DNA from: Trichinella spiralis
Lineage: Eukaryota
NCBI RefSeq assembly: GCF_000181795.1
Contig: NW_003526943.1
Coordinates: forward strand, 5,945,806 to 6,009,805
DNA length: 64,000 nt
Direction of reading: 5' to 3'
Made by a program: the position numbers and the translations under genes. Below are positions 55,388 to 64,000 of this stretch, piece after piece. Each line of letters opens with the position of its first letter. Position 1 is the first letter of the stretch. Below the pieces are notes generated by a model that was not told the DNA's origin, did not search any database, and worked only from the letters and a program-made list of their open reading frames with translations.

Positions 55388-58300
55388 TAAAAACAAAACT
55401 TTAAAATAGTAAATAATGAAAACATTTCCTTCGATAAATCTAGCCATTCAGAATAAAATACATAACATAACTTTTTGCAGTCATGAAGTAAAAAAGTACT
55501 AGTAATTTACGGAAGTGCCTAGATGAAAACTTTTGCAAAAAATTAAAATATTAAAATATTTTTTCTATGTAATTCTTTTAATGAAGATGTTTTGTATTTT
55601 GGAATTTTTTTATGAAACACTTGTTCAAATTTTTGATTTAACTGTATATTCATTTTTAAGATTAGAAGAAATTTCAACAATTGCATTGCATGAAAACATA
55701 AGAATGTATGTTAATTAAAAAATAATGAATAAAGGTGCTTTTTCGACTCAAAGACATTTTCAACATTGTGTGATAGTTGATAACGTAGTGTTCTCATGAT
55801 TTCTGCATTGTCCGTTTGGTGACAAGGACAGATATTCACTTAATAATAGAACATGCAAAAATATGAACCTGAAAGCAAAGGGTCTGTTAAAATTGTCTGA
55901 GTAAGCAAAAATGACTCGATTTTCCGTAAACTATCCCTGACAAAAGTGTCCTTGCTGATTTCTTGGGAAAAATGAAGAAGACCTTCAGATTACAAGCAAC
56001 AGCGTTTTGTTACTCATATTGCATAGACATGAGAACGAAGAAAGCAGCAGTATGTGCCACCTTCTATCAGTGGTCAGTCACCAGACAATTAGCTATCATT
56101 GTTATCGGTGATTCTCAAAAGCTGCTTACATCGGAAATTTGTCAACATTCTATCGACAAAAGAAGACAAACAAGCGCAACGGTGACGTGTGACCAATTCA
56201 AAAGGCGAATTGGAACGCTGGTTCAAAAAGTGCCACTTTTTCACATGCTATATTTCTGTCTGTTCACACCTTTTCTGAACTATTGTTATGCCACGGTTGT
56301 CAGTATTCATTGTTAGCAGCACATTATGATGACCTCTCGAAAATGGTCGACAACATTGACTGCAAAACTTATTAGCCTTAGGAAAACAGCTTTAGAACTT
56401 CCAATTAGCTTCAACAACAAATGATGAAAATTTGTCAACAAAGAGGCAAACCTTATTGAGGAAAATTGATGAATAAAATTTAAATGAAAATAACTCATTT
56501 ACACGTATCTACAAAAATGCAGATTATAACCGCTTTTCTGCAGTATAAATTTTAATCAATGACACTGAGGAATAATATCTGTTAAATAATGAATTATATG
56601 TACACTGATTTACCAATTGGAAATTAATTATTATGTCATAAACGGCAGTTGATATTTTGAAAACAATAGTTGTACAGTCTAGTGATAATAAAGTTGCACA
56701 ACCTTTTAATAAAACTGACAATGAACTGGCATAAATTACATTTAGGCCATGTCCACAATATGTCAGGTAGTACTATAAATGTAAATTTTAGGTTTTTCAT
56801 TTTATATAGTCAATAGTGAAAATCAATAAATAAACATAAAGCTAAAGATAGCATTAATAATTTATTATGTAGAACAAAGAGTAGAACATCTTATAAAGGA
56901 TTGCATAATTTACAAAAAGAATTTTACAAATGCTTTAAAAAAATTCAGTCTCTAAAGTTATACTAATATTAATTCAAAAGTGCAATAAACAAGTATACAT
57001 GTTCATGAAATGACTAGTAACTTTTGCTGAACTGTCATTGAATAATATTTTTTCTTATTTCACTTGCTAACATCCAAATGAGTAACTTTATTCGAAACAG
57101 TTACTATAAAATTCTGTTAGATAAAAAAATATTCAAAAGTTTTGAATAACAGTACTGTATGATGTAATGCAATGGAGAAAAAACAATACAAACAATGAAC
57201 TCATTTCATTTCCTGGTTAGAATACAAATAAGTTTAATATAAAGTGCTGTCAAATGATTTTGTTTACATTTGAAAATCAAATATGAAATAAGTCAAAAAT
57301 TTGTTGATCACTCTTTTATAAAACAGTTTGTACTGTTAAATACGAAATAAAATATAAATAACTGCCTGGAAGATAAAAAGCCGACTGAAGAGCATATTTA
57401 TTTAAACTAAATTTTTGAATGTACTAAATTAAATTGAAGATGTAATATGAAAGTAATTTTTATTTTTTATTTGAAATAATTTCCGGTTGAGCAAGTTCTG
57501 TCGACTGAAAACAATAACACAACAACAACAACGGGAACAATGCTTATAGCATAAGGCGTTACGTTTAAAATGACGTGACCTGAACTATCTTGACTAAATG
57601 TTTTAATGGAATCTATTGTACTTTAAACACGAAGAAGAATTGGTCAAGCAGCGATTACAATCTAAAGCCATGTGGGCAATAATATTAGTGAGGCGCCAGT
57701 TGGGAGCATAAAAAAGTAAAACAGACAATGTGCTTCTGTTTTCAAAATGGCGTATGGTGACCTGGCGCCTGAAAGTGCGGAACAATTCTCACCAGGTAAA
57801 CCTTCAACTACACAATCCCCTTGATGGATAATGATTCAATCATAGTCAACAGTGATTAAGACAATTTCAGCCAATAATATAAACCTTTAGTATTCAATTA
57901 ATCCATGTTTCGACCCAAATAACAACACAGTGCAACGGAGAGGCCTATTAACGTCAGTCAAAGAACAAACGTCAGTTCATTCATAGGTGAGGATAATTGT
58001 CTGAAGACACTCTGGATTAATTGAACAAGATCAGGAGTGGCAAATTTTTTGTCTGGACCACCACATGCGCCCTCATCGGCGCCTGAAAGGTCACTCAAAC
58101 TGAGTATAAAGAATATATAACTACAAAATGACCATCAGTAATGTTTCCATTCACTGGTCAACTTGAAATATGATCTTCATTGTAGTCATCGCGCAATCAG
58201 ATAAAATCTGCATGTTAAGGCGGAGTCATGTCATCGACATCACCCAATCAAAATTCACCTAACCGTCAATCATTCGTCAATTAAAATTGCCGAACGTACA

Positions 58301-58425
58301 GTAATGGAATTGTCAGCAGGACAAATTAGACTTTCCAAATACGGATCATCCATTCGTTGATATTGAAGCCAAACGAACCTGTCAACTTTTAAAACATCCA
58401 AACTGCAACACTGGCTACTGGTAAA

Positions 58426-60100
58426 ATGCCTTTCGCTATAAACGATCTACTGGGCTTTGGATCAGTGCCACTGCAAGCTTCAGTAAATCCAATTGAACAG
58501 GCAACATACACCAAAAGCGTAATGTACTCGCCAGTGTTTCAACCCGGCTCCATCCAAACAGTTGAAACTCCATGTTCTTTTGAATGTTCACCTAGTTACC
58601 AGCAGCATCCAACCACAAATTACTGTCAAAATAACATTAATCAACAAGCAGTGCTTATGCCTGTGCAAGGAAATCTTATAGCAGCCGACACCTTTAATGC
58701 CACGATGATTGGTCTAAGTCAACCACTAAACCCTGGAATTTCTTATGAATTGAATTCAGGTAAAATGAACATATTTCTCTTTTATGATTTAAATACGCTT
58801 TGCCTTAGAAAATTGGTAATGAAATTAAAGCACTGTATAAATGTTAAAATTATGCATGAAAGTTATGCTACTATTTGTAAATGAAAAGAGCTTCTTTCTC
58901 AACAGTAAACAAAGATTGGTTCTTCTCACTTGGCTCTTTTCCGTTTCATTGACAACCCTGAATGTGTCAAATACGCTGCCATAGTGTAGAAAAGTGTGTG
59001 AAGATGCCAATTGAGTAGTCGAGTAGTATAATGAGCACGCTTGCAATGTTAGATTTGCTTAAATCAAGTGGGGATTAAAACCACTTCAGCGTAATTAGAT
59101 TAGTCGAGCGGTTTCAAGAATCCTGCCTAATTTCGACGTCGTCGCATCACGCGGTCACCAGTCCAAATTCGATCAACGAGACCGCTGGGGAAATCATCGA
59201 CCTCCAATTGGCTCATGCATCTTGCCTATTATGCACGGAGGTCAGCGGAACCGTTCCTTCCAAACTATATCAGAAATGAATATTAAAAAATTGACTCTCT
59301 TTTCAATTGAAAATGCATTTCAAGCCTTTGCATATAAACCGTGTGAGGCAAAGCCCTAAGTGTACTTTTTAAATAATTTATAATAATGCCTTATTCCAGC
59401 TTGGAAGTCACAACAAGAAAGCTTCAGCGAAGGATGTAAAGTCAATGCAAATCAACAGACATTCAACTTACAAAGCAGCAGCAGTGTATACTCCAACACA
59501 GAAGTGGCAAGAGATGTGAAAGAAGATAAAATTGGCACTGTAGAAAAACGAAGAAAGAAACGTCGACACAGGTTAAATATGAAAAATACTATTATAAGTA
59601 ATAATTCACCTTTAGTTTCAGAACAATATTCACACAGAATCAACTTGATGAATTGGAAAGAACTTTTCAAGATGCGCATTATCCAGATTTATGTGCAAGA
59701 GAAATGCTTTCTATGAAAACAGATTTACCTGAAGATCGAATACAAGTTATTAAAAATAATCTGAATAAACTGCCTCTTTATTATATGAACAAGTGACTAA
59801 TAACTATTATTTATTAAGGTGTGGTTTCAAAATAGGCGTGCTAAATGGCGAAAAACAGAAAAATGTTGGGGGAAAAGTACAATCATGGCAGAGTACGGCT
59901 TATATGGTGCAATGGTACGTCATTCCATACCACTACCAGAAACTATTTTATCATCAGCAGAAGGGGAAGCGCCAGCAGATTCGTGCGCACCATGGTTACT
60001 TGGTATTTGACAGCTATAACTGAAAGTGTAATTTTAAAAATAATAATTATTTTCTATGACAGGAATGCACAAAAAAGCCCAAGATGAAAGTCAACAGTGA
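58426..60100 (+). CDS. ceh-10: Visual system homeobox (Vsx/Chx10/ceh-10) transcription factor
   Basis: Five exons (58426-58759, 59400-59571, 59622-59745, 59819-60002, 60063-60100). eh1 [10 protein letters not shown]; homeodomain [58 protein letters not shown]; full CVC domain [31 protein letters not shown]...[12 protein letters not shown]. Confidence 0.96.
59092..59102. promoter_or_regulatory. Candidate P3 paired-class homeodomain dimer site (TAAT-NNN-ATTA) in Vsx intron 1
   Basis: TAATTAGATTA lies in a relatively GC-rich non-coding island (about 59030-59270). Function is unverified. Confidence 0.3.
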
Positions 60101-63100
60101 TGAGAGAAAAAATAGGAAACTTGAGACAGTAATCATGAGAAAAGTTCTGTTCAACTATACCTACTTTATGCAATGTAAAGCGTTCTAGAATTAAAATTAG
60201 ATTAAATGCTTCATGAAGTGCATAAAATTAGTTCTTTTGAAGTTTATTTAACAAAAATCTGTGAAACGCAAAGCTCAGAAGTATAATGACCATATTTTTT
60301 TGTAAAGTAACTCATAAAGGTATGCTTTCATTTTTCCAGTTTGATCATAACTTTTTGCAAAGCGCATTGAAATATTTGATTTTCAAATCAAATTATGAAG
60401 CAAACTGCGTTTATTTTTATTGTCCTTTATTTTTTGAGTATTGTTATTATCCTTTATTTTTGATATTCTAAATCATTCTGTTTTTGATAATAATGATAAT
60501 GAATATAAAAAACTTTCATTTGAAAATTCTGTTAAATGACGTGTAATTATGAAAGTAATATGAAAGAATATTCTCATTAAAAAAATTTTGATTGTTTTTT
60601 ATTTCCATTTTTTAAAGTATTTCGAACATTAAACTAATTAATTAGATACGTATGGTTTCATTATTTGTTTAGCATCAAATTAAAAATAAGCTTAAGTTAC
60701 TATTTTACAGATCTGATTCTGCTAAGCAGTAACTATGCCATATCTATTTTATTAAGTTATTAAAGCATACAAATTATGACTATTGCTTCCTAACTGTACG
60801 AAATTTATGCTTACAAAAGAGTCAACACAAATAAGTAAAAAATTCTAATATGCCTGTAATTGAAAGTAAAAGGAAATTATATTTTTGATTTTTTAACTAC
60901 ATTCCAATATTTGCAATATAAGTAATATTTAATAAAGTAGACTCCTATTATGATAAAGATCATGATGATAAGTAACTATTCATAAATGGATGAAAAGAAT
61001 AGAATAAAATTTTATTGCATTGTTAAATGGCATGATAAAAATGCTCGTATGATTGATTTTTCCTTCATTAAAATAATCTATTCTAAAAATAATCATTACA
61101 CATGATTTTCTACCAAAAACAATCTACGCATTCTCAGGAAGAAAGATGCTTCATGCCATTTATATTCTATTTTCTTATGTAAAGCTTTGAAATTCAAAAC
61201 AGATATGCATAAATAGAAAATTTTTTTAATTGTGCTGTTAAATGTGTTGCTGAAAGTATTTTCGTATTAAAAGAAAAAAAGTTTTCAAAGTAAAGTGCAC
61301 ATTAATTAAGAATAAAGAAAAAGCAACAAGGATTAGAACAATCATAAAAATTGGGTGCAATTTTTATAATTAGCTAAAATTTGTTTTCAATTTTGTAAAT
61401 GATAAGAGAAAGCTTGACCAGCTAACTTGTCAAGGTCGAAAGTGCCGGAGATCAAACACTAGCTGATCCAATCGTTGAAGAGCAATTTTTCATCGAAGAA
61501 GCATAGCAAATTAGGGTGAACGCCGATGACCGCCAACGATTCCTTAATGCAGTGCAGATGACAAGCCGAGTGCTATTGGGGTTCGATTTTGCTTAAATCG
61601 CAAAAAGCCGTAGCCGCCAAATGCAATCATCAGTCAACATGCACTTCAGCGAACTGTAACCTGATCTTCTTGACCGCAACTTCTCTTAATACATGTCAAA
61701 CGGGAAAAGGATATGCTTTGTAAAGCACTTGAACAAAGAAGATTACATCTTCACCGCTTTTCAAAGCAAGTATACTCCCCCCCCTGTGGTGGCTATCGAA
61801 CGAAATCAAACTCAACATCAGTCATGCACAACTTACAGTATGACAAACAACACAACAAATGTTAACAGTTATTGAATTTCTAAGCACAAATGCATTCTCA
61901 TTTTCTTGCTAATAAATAAAACAGTCACATCAGTGAAACGAGCATTCATCCTTTATCAATATAATTAAAATGTTGTTAAATAATCAATTCAAATTGAAAT
62001 AAATGCTTTTTTCAGACGCGATAATTAATTTTTCAATGCAACAATTAATAATTATAAATTTCTCATCAATTTAAAATAAACTTCAATATGTCATTGAATT
62101 TAAAAAATTCAACTGATCAAACATGAATATAACGAATTTCTGAAATTTAAAGCATGCAACATACAGTTCATGCAATGCCTTGCTTTATAAAAACAGTTCC
62201 AAATTCATAAAAATTTTTCCGTATTTTAATATTATTTCAATTTTATTATAGATTCAGCGTACAAGAAAAACATGAATGTCCACCAGAAATGTTTTGCAAA
62301 ATTCTAAATGCATGCAATTTTAATTCTTATTTTATATTTGAAAAACAAAAATACGTAATATTCATTATAAAAGAGTAAAAATTGATTTTATATTTGCATA
62401 ATATGCATATAACTGTTTATAAATGGAGTGACATCTTTGTAACTTTCACATCACTCTAATGTAATTAACATTTTTAATTTAAAAAAAATTATTCCAAAAA
62501 ATTACACCTAACTGTTGCAAGAAAGTTTTACTTTAAAATAACAATTTGTTTATAAACATCTTTGCTGAAGCTTCAAATAATCTGATGCTACAGCAAAGTA
62601 TTTCATTGAATCGAGCATTATTTTCATACATTTCCTTGAAAATTTTGTGTGGTACTTATAATTATCAAGATTAATTTTGAAAAATACTCTTTAAATCTTT
62701 AACAGAAATACAATATCAAAATGCACATCAGCTATTTATGACAAATATCTTTTCATAAATATTTTTTGTATCATTCATATTGATAAATTTTTATTCTAAA
62801 TAATTTCTAATCAACCCATATTTCCGTAACTTCTGAATATATAAAATTATGCGATATTTGCATACACATTATTCAGAAATGAGTGCAAAAAAGTCCAAGT
62901 ATGTTTAGTTTAAGAAGTGATAATAACATAAAGTGCTTTATCAGCGCTAAATAAAATTTATTTCCATTTTTTAACACTATAATCAGCCGAAAGCATGCAT
63001 TTTTATTTATTCCAAAATTATTATCAATTCTGAGGAATCTTACTGATTGTGCATAAGCAAAAGTAAGTTAAAATAAGTAGTAAATAAATAAATAAACAAT

Positions 63101-64000
63101 AATCTGATAAAGTTATTAATGGATTTTCAGCATGTAAATGATAATAGTTTTATAAGTAGTAAAATTTCAACATCAAGTGTGCACCACTTAAACAAATGAA
63201 GCTAAAAAGTCGAAAATAATCAATAAAACGATCCTTAAATAACATGCACAATTTAGCTAAGTTAAAATAAGTGAGATATTGCTCTTTATTATGTAAATCA
63301 TAATAAGAGAAAAGAAAAGTTAATTTAGAGGTGGATTAAATATATCTACTCTATTATGTTTAAAATTCTGAAAACTTGTCAAAAATAGTGCGCATGTTCT
63401 TTTTCAATTTATTTATATTTGAAATGCACATCAGATGCTTTTCCAGCAAAATGCAGCCCTTCTTAAAATGCAAACAATAAAATATTTGTTATAATAAGTT
63501 TATCGCCTTTATGCTCCTAAAACAGAACTGGAGTCCTTTTTGGCAGGTGGCAACAGTTGGTCACTTTGCTGAATAATCTACTTGACCCATAACAAGCTCA
63601 AGATAATGCATTCTCAATAATGCTTAAGATAGTAATTACAAAGTGAATTAAGTGTCCATTCTGTATATCAGCCATACGGCCTAGATGGACGCATTAAGAA
63701 TAGCCAAGTTCGATTTCCCAAGTACTTTAATCATACAGTTAAACTGGACAACTGCTCAATCCTATCTGCCATCATAAATTTTATGAATATTCCAAGCCAG
63801 ATATTTGAAAACGGATTACTGTAATGAACAGTAACTAATTTTCAGAAACCTTATAACATGAAAATAAGTAAACAGTAATGTTTCATACCGTAGTCAGTAA
63901 AATAAATCTCTTTCAAAACAACACGCAGGCACATACCTTAATTATTAAATGTTTATATTAATGAAATTATATAATGTAAATGAATAAAAATAATATTTAA

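Noticed and set aside
55740..56500. 117-aa + strand ORF or possible polq exon
   Set aside because: No helicase motifs on the minus strand and no recognisable family on the plus strand. It is possibly an old transposon fragment but this is unsupported.

Overview
AT-rich eukaryotic genomic DNA with many short (about 50-90 nt) spliceosomal introns. Gene content and style suggest a nematode, probably a clade I species such as Trichinella (inference, not verified). Genes in order: a complete Apaf-1-type CARD-NB-ARC-WD40 gene (-); a head-to-head pair of paralogous Cys-rich ShK-domain genes; a G-protein gamma subunit (+); GOLGA7/ERF4 (-); glucosidase II alpha (-); a ~5.7 kb transposon graveyard (three solo LTRs, Gypsy gag/pol remnants, Tigger and hAT fragments); a CAP/SCP venom-allergen-like gene (-); MCM6 and ORC4 in tandem (+); a divergent GSK-3-like kinase (-); a divergent CVC-less Vsx-like homeobox gene (+); a foldback element; the 3' part of DNA polymerase theta (-); and a canonical Vsx/ceh-10 gene (+) that appears to lie inside a large polq intron. 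The most notable signals are the ShK gene pair with an extra shared 8-Cys module, the Vsx-in-polq nesting plus a nearby degenerate Vsx duplicate, a WD40-bearing Apaf-1 with an altered MHD motif, operon-like gene pairs and two non-canonical splice sites. Exon boundaries were read by eye and may be off by a few bases.
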